A DNA stretch of 64,000 nt. It comes from Patescibacteria group bacterium (GTDB lineage: Bacteria > Patescibacteriota > Patescibacteriia > Patescibacteriales > UBA12465). A model generated the notes under the pieces. The model saw only the letters and a list, made by a program, of their open reading frames with translations, was not told the DNA's origin and did no database searches. Positions within the stretch are counted from its first letter, which is position 1; each line of letters starts with the position of its first letter. A program made the translations under genes and the position numbers. Location of the stretch: positions 3,104 through 67,103 of the forward strand of contig JAQUAK010000004.1 in NCBI GenBank assembly GCA_028687275.1, read 5' to 3'. This document shows positions 50,799 to 59,603 of this stretch, piece by piece.

Positions 50799-53768
50799 TT
50801 AAGATTGATTAAATTCACAAATACGATTGAAGTCACAAAATTTACACATTTGTGACGGTTTGGGAGTAAAATCTTTAGACTTTATTGCTTGAATTTGTTT
50901 ATTTATTTCCAATTTTAGTTTTTCTTTTTCTGTCTCTTTCGGGGTAAAGGCTAAAAACGTCCCATCTTCAACATAGTAATATTTTAAAGACAAAACTTTA
51001 ATTTGTAAAACTTCTTCTAAAAATAACTGATAAAGGATAAGCTGTCGGCGATCTTTCCAGAGTAATTTATCTTTAGGGCGACCAGTCTTGTAATCAATAA
51101 CCTCAACACCACCCTCAAGAGAATCAACCCTATCAATAGCGCCTTTCAGTGTTTCACCTCCAATTTTAAAAGAAAAATTTTTCTCTAAAAATAATATTTT
51201 TGGATGAGCCCCCTCTTTAAGATTAAAGGCAGAAATAAAATTTTTCAAAGCTGTTTGAGCACGCTTATAATAATCATTCCGTTGTTCACTGCTTTCATAA
51301 CCATCGCCGACCCAATGCGTCGCCAAAAGGCTCTCTAAACGCTTCAAACTAAATAAATTTTTATCCTCCTCACTACTAAACAGGCTAGCCTGAGGGCCAC
51401 TTATAGCTGGTTTTAAGAAATCATAAAAAATATTATGCATCACTCGACCAAAAATTAAACTTGGTTTATCTTCAGGCGCTGGAATTTTTAAAATAAAGGC
51501 AAACTTGTATTGTAGAGGACAATTGTCATAAGCTGCTAATTGGGAAAAGGAGAATTTTTTTGGTAATTGATCGGTCGACAGTTCGGCCTGTAAAAAGTCA
51601 GCTCCTTCATTTGCTAAATCACGCAGCAATTCATTATTAATAGACCCACTATTGAAGACATCACTTTGTAATCCTGCCTCTTCAATAAAACGAGAAGCTT
51701 TTTTCTCACGAGCGCCACCATAATCTTTAGCGCTAGTAATATATAATTCTTCTTTAGCTCTAGTTAGGGCGACATAAAATAGTCTACGCTCTTCTTCAAT
51801 ATGAGCATCTTTGGAATCAACTAAAACTTCCTTAACTAAGCCTTCCGGTAAAGGAATTTTTTCACTTCTATTAATGGTAGGGAATTTTTTATCTGCCAGA
51901 TTAACCAAAAAAACGTAAGAAAACTCTAAACCTTTAGCGGCATGAACTGTCATCACCTTAACACTGTCTTGATCAACAAAATCTAATCGTAAAGAGCCAG
52001 TTTCACCGGCCTCTAATTCTAAATTCATCATTTCCATTAAATCTTTTAATCTAGTATCAGGAGCACCCTCTTCTAATCGCTTAACTTTTTGATAAAATTG
52101 ATTGAGATAGGAAAATGATTCCTGGTCAGCATCAATATCAAGATCTTTTAATAAGCCTGACTCTTCAACAAACTTAAAATATAAACGACTAGGCAAAGTA
52201 TTGGCCACTAGCTTCGAATGTTTTTCAATTAAGGCCAGCAAACGACGAATAGCCGGCAAGGCCTCTGGGCTTAAATCATTAACTAATTCCGCTCTTTGCA
52301 AAGTTTCAAATAAAGACCAGGCTTTTCTGCGAGCAAACCTATTTAAACTAATAACATCACTATGACTAACCCTAAAAGGGCTTAAATTTAAAACTCTAAA
52401 CAGAGCTGAGGATTCATGATAATTATCTAATAAGCGTAAGTAAGCTAAGCAATCCAAAATAATTGATTTATAATAAAGGCCGCGCAGAGATACAAATTGA
52501 TTAGGAATGCCATGGCGAGTTAACTCTTTAACAAATTGTGAGGCAGTATCATTTGATCGCGCTAAAATAGCAAAATCAGACCAATCTGTATCTTTACCTT
52601 CCGCTTGATCGCGTTTATAAATAGTTAATATTTTATCAGCCACTAGAGACAGCTCGTCATCCTGTCTCTCCAATAATAAGAACACAGGAGCTTGGCCTCG
52701 CTCAGAGCTCTCACCTTTAGCAATTAAGGTTTTATCTATATGTAATTTACTTTCTAAACGATTAGGATTGTTGTGACTAATAAATTTATGAGCTGTGTCT
52801 AAGATATCCTGACGAGAACGATAGTTATCAGTTAAAATGATTTCAATGGCGTCTGGAAAATCATCTTTAAACTGCATGATATTAGCCAAAGAAGCGCCAC
52901 GAAAACGATAAATTGCCTGATCATCATCGCCAACTACCATTAAATTATTGTTGGGAGCCGCTAATAATTTAACTAACTCATACTGAGCCCAATTGGTATC
53001 CTGGAATTCATCGACCATCACATACATAAACTTTTCTCGATAATACTTCAAGATATTAGGGCGTTCGCGCAGAAGTTTGAGAGCATATAAAATCAAATCA
53101 CCAAAATCAAGCCAACTATTTTCTAACAACAACTCATTATAAGTCGCATAAGCACCGGCTAATTCTTGTAAGCGATCACTCTCTAAAATATTACCATCGG
53201 AATCATCTTCATTGTCAGCATCAACTTTCTTATCGTCAGTAATAATGGTCTCATTTTTTACATTCTTCGCATAAGCTAAATATTCTGCAGACGAAATATT
53301 TTCATCTTTAAGACGAGAAAAGTGTTTTAATAATTCAGAAATAAACTTAGTGGGGTTACCTAAAGGTCGATAATAATTTAGATTGAAGCGATCAAAATTT
53401 TTCTTAATCACCATCCACTGTTCAGTCGAAGTCAGCAAGCGAAAATCGGCCGGCAAGCCAATATCTAAAGCATGTTCACGTAATAAACGCTCACAGAAAC
53501 TATGAAAAGTATTAATCCAAAGATCTAGGTATCCATAAGGAAGCAAGCGGTCGGCCCTTTCTTCCATTTCTTGAGCTGCTTTTTCAGTAAAAGTTAAAAG
53601 TAAAACGCGGTCGCTCTGAATTTTTTCTTGCTCTAAAATCTGAGCCAAACGATTTACTAGCACGCTAGTTTTACCAGTGCCGGCGCCAGCTACCACTAAT
53701 AAAGGACCCTGCCGATGATTAACGGCCATTAGTTGCTTATTATTAAGTTTAGTGATTCTTGGCTGCAT
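50799..53768 (-). CDS. UvrD/PcrA-family helicase fused to a C-terminal PD-(D/E)xK nuclease with a Cas4/AddB-like four-Cys motif
   Basis: 989 aa. Walker A AGAGTGKTS, MVDEFQDTN (motif II), VHAAKGLEF. C-terminal nuclease IDRVD..VEVIDYKTG, QLILYQ. Cys pattern C(PLQY)...CKFCDFNRIC. Confidence 0.8.
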   Translation of the reverse strand: MQPRITKLNNKQLMAVNHRQGPLLVVAGAGTGKTSVLVNRLAQILEQEKIQSDRVLLLTFTEKAAQEMEERADRLLPYGYLDLWINTFHSFCERLLREHALDIGLPADFRLLTSTEQWMVIKKNFDRFNLNYYRPLGNPTKFISELLKHFSRLKDENISSAEYLAYAKNVKNETIITDDKKVDADNEDDSDGNILESDRLQELAGAYATYNELLLENSWLDFGDLILYALKLLRERPNILKYYREKFMYVMVDEFQDTNWAQYELVKLLAAPNNNLMVVGDDDQAIYRFRGASLANIMQFKDDFPDAIEIILTDNYRSRQDILDTAHKFISHNNPNRLESKLHIDKTLIAKGESSERGQAPVFLLLERQDDELSLVADKILTIYKRDQAEGKDTDWSDFAILARSNDTASQFVKELTRHGIPNQFVSLRGLYYKSIILDCLAYLRLLDNYHESSALFRVLNLSPFRVSHSDVISLNRFARRKAWSLFETLQRAELVNDLSPEALPAIRRLLALIEKHSKLVANTLPSRLYFKFVEESGLLKDLDIDADQESFSYLNQFYQKVKRLEEGAPDTRLKDLMEMMNLELEAGETGSLRLDFVDQDSVKVMTVHAAKGLEFSYVFLVNLADKKFPTINRSEKIPLPEGLVKEVLVDSKDAHIEEERRLFYVALTRAKEELYITSAKDYGGAREKKASRFIEEAGLQSDVFNSGSINNELLRDLANEGADFLQAELSTDQLPKKFSFSQLAAYDNCPLQYKFAFILKIPAPEDKPSLIFGRVMHNIFYDFLKPAISGPQASLFSSEEDKNLFSLKRLESLLATHWVGDGYESSEQRNDYYKRAQTALKNFISAFNLKEGAHPKILFLEKNFSFKIGGETLKGAIDRVDSLEGGVEVIDYKTGRPKDKLLWKDRRQLILYQLFLEEVLQIKVLSLKYYYVEDGTFLAFTPKETEKEKLKLEINKQIQAIKSKDFTPKPSQMCKFCDFNRICEFNQS

Positions 53769-53785
53769 AGAAAGATTTATTTCCT

Positions 53786-55060
53786 TTAAAGCTTGAGCAT
53801 TTTAAGCAGGCTAGAAAGATTATGCTCTTTAACTGGACCGATAATAGCTAAATTTAAGTTTTTATTTTTCATAATTCTTTGAGCAACTTGGCGGATATCG
53901 GCCACGGTAATAGTGCGTAACTGTTTGTCTAATTCTGCCGGCTCAATAAACTTATGGCGTAATATCGCCTGTCGACCATACCAACTCGCCACATCATCAC
54001 TTGTTTCAAGCTGCATTAATAATCGTCCAGACATCAAATCTTTGGCTCGAGATAATTCTTCCAAGCTCACATCCTCATTAGCAATACGTCGATACTCCTC
54101 TAAAATTATGCTCACTGCCTCTTTAGCTTTATCTTTAGGAACTCCAGCCTGAGTCGCTAAATAGCCAGAATCAGAATATAACTCGGCCGAACTTTTAACA
54201 TAATAAGCCAAACCGGAACGTTCACGCAAAGAAATAAATAGACGAGAGCTCATTGATCCGCCTAAAATTACGCTCAACATTTTTAAAGCTAACTCTTGCC
54301 TATCTCCAACCGGGAAAGTTCTAACCGCTAAAGATAAATTAATCTGATCAGTGGCCTTAAAAACACTTTTAGCATTCGGCTTTACCTGCCTTTCTTTAAC
54401 CGCTAATTTGTTCTTCCAGTTATTAATAGGAATCTGACCAAATATTTTTCTGGCCTGCCGACTATCACTCTCTTTAATAGCTCCACTTAAAATAACGGTG
54501 ATACTCTTAGCTCCATACTGACGCTTGAAATAGCGAATAAAATCACTACGCTTAAAGGCTTGAATGTTTTTCTTGGTTCCAATTGTATCCCAGCCAGCAG
54601 GAGTATCACCATATAGACAAAATTCAAGCACGTCTTCAACGTGCATTAAAGGATTATCTTCGTACATATTTAACTCCTCAATAATCACACCTTTTTCTCG
54701 CTCAATTTCTTCAGACTCAAACTTAGAAGCAGTCAACATATCACCCAAAATATCTAAAGCTTGAGATAATTTACCCTCAGCTACTTTTACGTAATAACCG
54801 GTGTACTCTTTGGAGGTGAAAGCATTATATTCACCCCCTAAAACATCAAGTTCAGCCGATAAAGTTAAAGTATCAGGACGGCGCTTCGTTCCTTTAAAAA
54901 ACATGTGTTCTAAAAAATGAGAAAGGCCACTTTCAGGTCGGTTTTCATATTTAGAGCCGGTTTTAACCATAATCAAAGCAGTGGCCGTCTTTACGCCCGA
55001 CATTGGCACTAATATTAAAGGAATTTTGTTAGCTAAACTTAATTTTTTATATTTATACAT
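53786..55060 (-). CDS. M16 family zinc peptidase (insulinase/pitrilysin-like)
   Basis: 424 aa. Inverted zinc motif HFLEHMFFKGT (HxxEH), downstream Glu in REKGVIIEE. Confidence 0.8.
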   Translation of the reverse strand: MYKYKKLSLANKIPLILVPMSGVKTATALIMVKTGSKYENRPESGLSHFLEHMFFKGTKRRPDTLTLSAELDVLGGEYNAFTSKEYTGYYVKVAEGKLSQALDILGDMLTASKFESEEIEREKGVIIEELNMYEDNPLMHVEDVLEFCLYGDTPAGWDTIGTKKNIQAFKRSDFIRYFKRQYGAKSITVILSGAIKESDSRQARKIFGQIPINNWKNKLAVKERQVKPNAKSVFKATDQINLSLAVRTFPVGDRQELALKMLSVILGGSMSSRLFISLRERSGLAYYVKSSAELYSDSGYLATQAGVPKDKAKEAVSIILEEYRRIANEDVSLEELSRAKDLMSGRLLMQLETSDDVASWYGRQAILRHKFIEPAELDKQLRTITVADIRQVAQRIMKNKNLNLAIIGPVKEHNLSSLLKMLKL

Positions 55061-55142
55061 ATTTTAATAGTTATGTTCTAAATTTAACATATCTCTGTTA
55101 TAATGGAAAGCGAAGATAAATAGCTTAATTTACTTAAACAAT

Positions 55143-55859
55143 ATGCCCTACAAACAAAAAGATACGAACTCCTTTTTAGAACATGGCCAAGTTTATAAAA
55201 TAAAAAAGGTGCGTGACATGGCTGAAGGTGAAAAGCCTCGTGAGAAGATGATTCTTGATGGGGCCGGCTCATTAAGTTTAGCCGAATTATTATCTGTTGT
55301 TTTGGGAGTAGGCACAAAAAAAGAAGAGGTCTTCTCAATGGCCTCCAGACTTTTACGAGAATATGGAGAAAAAGCAATCGCCACGCAGAAGAATCCATCA
55401 ATAATTGCTAAAGATCTCAACATACCAGAAACCAAGGCCTGCCAAATAGTTGCCTGCTTTGAACTAGGGCGACGCTTATTTCAGAAAAAACCAGGAGGAT
55501 TGATCACAATCCGCAACGCAAAACAGGCTTACAGCTATCTAAAAGAAATGGAAAATTTAAAAAAAGAACAATTTAGAGGACTATATTTAAATAATCACTA
55601 TCAACTTGTTCATGATGAAGTTATTTCTATGGGCACTATTGACTCCTCGCTAGTACATGCCCGTGAAGTTTTCCGACCAGCACTTGAATACGGTGCCACC
55701 GCTATAATTATCGCTCACAACCACCCTTCCGGGCTAACTAAAGCCAGTCGGGCTGACACCGAAATAACTGACAATCTATTGGCAGCTGGCAACATTTTAG
55801 GCATTGAGCTACTAGATCATCTTATTATTGGTAAAAATAAATTTTTAAGCATAATTTAA
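55143..55859 (+). CDS. radC: RadC-like JAB/MPN domain protein
   Basis: 238 aa. PREKM...LSLAELLSVVLGVGTK helix-hairpin-helix region. JAMM motif AHNHPSG. The true start may be the ATG at 55218 (MAEGEKPREKM). Confidence 0.8.
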   Translation: MPYKQKDTNSFLEHGQVYKIKKVRDMAEGEKPREKMILDGAGSLSLAELLSVVLGVGTKKEEVFSMASRLLREYGEKAIATQKNPSIIAKDLNIPETKACQIVACFELGRRLFQKKPGGLITIRNAKQAYSYLKEMENLKKEQFRGLYLNNHYQLVHDEVISMGTIDSSLVHAREVFRPALEYGATAIIIAHNHPSGLTKASRADTEITDNLLAAGNILGIELLDHLIIGKNKFLSII

Positions 55860-56161
55860 TGGTAACTGTTAATAAACAATACAAAATTAAAAGCTCTGTT
55901 AAGGTTTTAAAGGATGCTAGCAGCGTTAAATTTCACGTGGATAATAATGATTATTTTGGCACAGCTGCTACTCTAATTCATCTTATGCATGAACAGTTAG
56001 CGGAACAGATAAAAAAAGCACCCGCTAAAGACAGGGCGCTGGTTAATAAAGCTTTCAAAAATTTAGAACAGGATTTAATTTTACTACAAAAAGATTATCA
56101 AATTAAAGCAAAACAGAAAGCTAGCCACAAACTCGCCAAAGGTAGACTAAAGAGCCAATGA
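55859..56161 (+). CDS. small hypothetical protein, translationally coupled to radC
   Basis: 100 aa, basic and helical. Its ATG overlaps the radC stop (TAATG). Its 3' end overlaps the convergent gene by 64 nt. Confidence 0.4.
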   Translation: MVTVNKQYKIKSSVKVLKDASSVKFHVDNNDYFGTAATLIHLMHEQLAEQIKKAPAKDRALVNKAFKNLEQDLILLQKDYQIKAKQKASHKLAKGRLKSQ

Positions 56162-57357
56162 TCAAATAAGGTTAATATAAATAAAGCTATAAATATTCCT
56201 AGAAGTCGGTGTTTCCGACTTTTTTTGTACATTAAATACCATAGACCGACTAAAGCAAAAAGAAAAAATATACCGCTTTCAGTCGCCGCTAATAACCAAT
56301 AATTGTGTGCTGGCTGATAATACCAAATGGCTTGCCCCTGACCTCGCTGCAAATCGTAACGATAATCAGACCCAGTTGAACTACCTAAACCGACACCTAA
56401 AAAAGGAGATCTAACAAAATCTTTCCAAGCCCGTTGATTATAAGTTTGCCGTTCACTTAAAGAGATATTTTCCAAACGACTTTGCGTGTTTGTGCGGGCT
56501 AAGATTAAATTTCCATATAGCCCAAAAAATAAAGCAACCATCAAGGCTGAAAGAAAAAATAGAGCAGGTGCAGGGCGAAGTTTATCGAAACGTAAACGCC
56601 AGTTTTTTATAACAACATAGATTAAACCAACGGCTAAGGCTAAAATTGCGGCTCGTGAAAACGAAACTAAGGTTGCCAAAAAAAATAAAACATAAGCGCC
56701 TAAAAAATAAGCGCGCATTTTTAATTTTTGTTCATCAAAAAATAAATAAGCACTAACAAGAGCGGCTAAAGACATTAACCCACCAAAGATATTAGGATGA
56801 TCACTAGCGCCGTAAGCTCGCAACCAACGCCCGGAGCCTGTTTCAATCACGATTGCACCCAAATCACTAGCCTGATGATAGGCCATACCTAAATATTTAC
56901 TAGCAAAAGAAATTTGAGTTAAGAATTGACCTAAGCCGATAAGCGCCTGTAAACCCAGACTAATAAGAAAAATTAAAAGTAAGCGTCGACGAATTATTGG
57001 AGAAAGCTGACTAATAATAAAATAAAAAATGAGGGCCGTTAACAAAAGCAGAAAACGATATAAAGAAAGGTAATGATCTTCAGATATAAAAGTTGAAAGT
57101 AAAGAAAAAATTACTAAACCAGAAATTAAAACTTTTGATAATTTTCCTAACTTTTTCCAAAAATTAAAACTTAGTAAACCGCTGGGAATCAATAAAAATA
57201 AACTTAAACATAATAAAAACACGGCTGCAAATAATGATATTTCCCAATAGTTATTTGCCGCTGACCTTAATATTAACTTAGTTTGCCACGGTAAAGTAAA
57301 AACTGTCAGATACAAACAGCCTAAACCTAAGCGTTGCCCAATATTTTTATCCATCAA
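56098..57357 (-). CDS. O-antigen ligase-like (Wzy_C) polytopic membrane protein
   Basis: 419 aa, about 10-12 TMs. FSRAAILALAVGLIYV and PAHNYWLLAATESGIFF resemble the Wzy_C loop. Confidence 0.65.
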   Translation of the reverse strand: MMDKNIGQRLGLGCLYLTVFTLPWQTKLILRSAANNYWEISLFAAVFLLCLSLFLLIPSGLLSFNFWKKLGKLSKVLISGLVIFSLLSTFISEDHYLSLYRFLLLLTALIFYFIISQLSPIIRRRLLLIFLISLGLQALIGLGQFLTQISFASKYLGMAYHQASDLGAIVIETGSGRWLRAYGASDHPNIFGGLMSLAALVSAYLFFDEQKLKMRAYFLGAYVLFFLATLVSFSRAAILALAVGLIYVVIKNWRLRFDKLRPAPALFFLSALMVALFFGLYGNLILARTNTQSRLENISLSERQTYNQRAWKDFVRSPFLGVGLGSSTGSDYRYDLQRGQGQAIWYYQPAHNYWLLAATESGIFFLFALVGLWYLMYKKSRKHRLLGIFIALFILTLFDHWLFSLPLASLWLAFCFALI

Positions 57358-58291
57358 ATAAACGCTTTAAACGCTCTTGATAACGACGAGCGAATTCTTT
57401 TCGTCGATCAAGTAAATATAATTTTAAAATTCCCTGTTTGATAACAACACGAGAGTCTAAATTGGCTTTTTGTTTTAAAGCTAAAGGCATAATAGCCATC
57501 TGTAGAGATTCAGCTTTTTTTTCTAAAAAATCTATAAAAATGCGCCATGATTTAACCACGAACTGCGGCTTGTACCAAGCGTCTGGTGACTCACGATAAG
57601 ATTGATTACTCAAAATAAAATCACCGTTAGGTAAATAATCTTTCAACCATGTATTTTCAGATATTAATTGATGATAATAAGCGCCACGATCGTATAAGGG
57701 ATACAGGCCGGCCAGCCAGAAATTAAAATATTGATCATCTGACCCCATGGTCATGCTTTGTAAATTTAGATGTTCTGTGTCTATATAGAAACTTAAGCAG
57801 ATTTTATCTCTTTTTTTAGTCGGCGTTGGTCGCTGTCTTAATATTTTCATTAAACCCGCACAAAATAAGCGTGTCAACCAAATTCTATTTTCTTTAGCAA
57901 TAATAAAAATATCAATATCACTGCCGTCACGCAAGTTATGATGCCCAATCAAATTACTTAAAGCAACTAAGCGGACTGTTGGTAAAAGACTAAATAAACG
58001 CACCGCCCTATGAGCAATCTTTAATTTACGATTAGTAAAATGATAACGCTGCTTACGGATATTAAGTAGCTCTCCCTGTCCTGGTAAAAAATAGAAACCC
58101 TGTCTTTCTTCCAGGCACTTATCCGTTACTAATTTTTTGAGTTCTGGTGGAATCTCCTCAAACTCAGCCGCAATACCTAAATAACGCCAAGCCTCATAAG
58201 CAGTTAAAGGGTAGGAGAATAAATCAAAAAAAACGACAATTTTAATGATTGCCTCAGACAACTCACTTAAATTATCGATGTTTTCAGACAT
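57347..58291 (-). CDS. hypothetical protein, possible nucleotidyltransferase fold
   Basis: 314 aa. LVALSNLIGHHNLRDGSDIDIFII resembles the G[SG]-x(9-13)-DxD pattern of pol-beta-type NTases. Weak, from motif only. Confidence 0.45.
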   Translation of the reverse strand: MSENIDNLSELSEAIIKIVVFFDLFSYPLTAYEAWRYLGIAAEFEEIPPELKKLVTDKCLEERQGFYFLPGQGELLNIRKQRYHFTNRKLKIAHRAVRLFSLLPTVRLVALSNLIGHHNLRDGSDIDIFIIAKENRIWLTRLFCAGLMKILRQRPTPTKKRDKICLSFYIDTEHLNLQSMTMGSDDQYFNFWLAGLYPLYDRGAYYHQLISENTWLKDYLPNGDFILSNQSYRESPDAWYKPQFVVKSWRIFIDFLEKKAESLQMAIMPLALKQKANLDSRVVIKQGILKLYLLDRRKEFARRYQERLKRLFDG

Positions 58292-58296
58292 AAAAT

Positions 58297-59418
58297 TTAT
58301 TTTGGTCTCTCTATTTCTAATGTTTCAATTTTACTCTCACCGCCAGTAATTTTAATTACATCTTTATCAATCTTTTTAAATTCATGATAAGCGTTATTAT
58401 AATGATTTACTGAAGTCGAAAGACTGCCGCCCAATTTCTTTAAAAAATCATCATAACTAAGCATGTGTCGGCCTAATTTTTCAATATTCTTTTTTATTTC
58501 CTTAGCGCTTTCTTCAATCTGCATAGCTTTTAGTCCCTGCAAAACGGTTTGTAAATAAGCTAAGAATGAAGTTGGTGAAACAATAATAACTTTCTTATCG
58601 CGAAAGGCGTATTCAATTAAATCACGCGTATTCACTTTGACATTACCGACCGAGTTAACAAGTAAGTCATAATAGATTGCCTCTGAGGGAATAAACATGA
58701 AAGCAAATTCTAAAGTTCCCTTTTCTGGTAGAACATATTTGGAAGTTTCATCAATACGATTTTTTAAATCTTGTTTAAACTGAGCCTCAATTTTTTTACG
58801 CGCTTCCGGCTCGCTAGTATTTAATAAGCGTTCATAATTTTCTAAAGAAAATTTAGCATCAACCGGAATAATCTTATCTTTTACAAAAACAACCGCATCA
58901 ACAATTAATTCTTTACCCGTCTTTTCATTCTTGCCCATTGAATATTGCAGAGCATATGATTTTGGCGGTAAGACATTTTTTAAAGTTTCTTCTAGATAAT
59001 ATTCCCCCAAAACTCCTCTTTGTTTAGGGTTCTTTAAAATATCCTGCAAGCTTTGTAATTGAGAAGAGAAATTAACTACCTGTTTATTAGTTTCATCCAG
59101 CTTAGCTAATTTTTCCGTTACATCAGCAATTAGCTTGGCTGACTGACCACTAATATCTTGGATTACTTTGGTTGTTTGAGCAAATTGACCTTGACTAGCC
59201 CGATGAGTTTCGCTCAATTTTCTGTCTAATTCTTGGCGCATTTCTGTATTTTGCAAGGCTAATTGTGATAATTTCTCTGACTGTTGGGCTAAACGCTCTA
59301 AAGTTGTCACCGCTTGAGCATCAGCCAGCGGATTCTTTCTCTTTAGTAATAATAAGATGACAAAGATTAAACCAGCTAATATTAAAGCAAATATTAAGAT
59401 TAAGATTGTATTATTCAT
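58297..59418 (-). CDS. rmuC: DNA recombination protein RmuC
   Basis: 373 aa. N-terminal TM, long coiled coil, C-terminal nuclease-like domain (GVLGEYYLEETLKNVLP, VDAKFSLENY, FMFIPSEAIY). Confidence 0.8.
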   Translation of the reverse strand: MNNTILILIFALILAGLIFVILLLLKRKNPLADAQAVTTLERLAQQSEKLSQLALQNTEMRQELDRKLSETHRASQGQFAQTTKVIQDISGQSAKLIADVTEKLAKLDETNKQVVNFSSQLQSLQDILKNPKQRGVLGEYYLEETLKNVLPPKSYALQYSMGKNEKTGKELIVDAVVFVKDKIIPVDAKFSLENYERLLNTSEPEARKKIEAQFKQDLKNRIDETSKYVLPEKGTLEFAFMFIPSEAIYYDLLVNSVGNVKVNTRDLIEYAFRDKKVIIVSPTSFLAYLQTVLQGLKAMQIEESAKEIKKNIEKLGRHMLSYDDFLKKLGGSLSTSVNHYNNAYHEFKKIDKDVIKITGGESKIETLEIERPK

Positions 59419-59508
59419 ATACTTTTAATTATAGCCCACTTTCCCTTTTTGGTGTAGTGCTTGACTTTTATATCAAATTATTCACATTTAAAAATGTTAG
59501 GAAGCAGG

Positions 59509-59537
59509 ACCCGCTTACAATTGTAAGCGGGTTTTTT
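59509..59537 (+). terminator. strong hairpin plus T-run oriented for the plus strand (no plus-strand gene upstream)
   Basis: ACCCGCTTAC-AATT-GTAAGCGGGT, a perfect 10-bp stem, followed by TTTTTT on the plus strand only. Confidence 0.45.
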
Positions 59538-59544
59538 CTTTAAC

Positions 59545-59576
59545 AAAAAGCCATCTAATTAAAGACGGCTTTTTTA
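59545..59576 (-). terminator. putative intrinsic terminator after gyrA
   Basis: AAAAAGCCATCT-AATTAA-AGACGGCTTTTT, a stem with one mismatch flanked by an A-run and T-run. Confidence 0.5.
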
Positions 59577-59603
59577 AAATAAAAATTATAATCTTTAAAT
59601 AAA

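Noticed and set aside
55084-55435. Two minus-strand ORFs (105 aa and 80 aa) overlapping the 5' part of radC
   Set aside because: They are antisense to a gene with clear RadC/JAB motifs. Their translations are Leu/Ser/Cys-rich with no features. They were treated as spurious.
59499-59508. AGGAAGCAGG resembles the conserved GGAAGCAG of SRP RNA domain IV
   Set aside because: There is no matching 5' strand, GNRA tetraloop or extended helix around it. The motif runs directly into the terminator-like palindrome. It is most likely coincidence.
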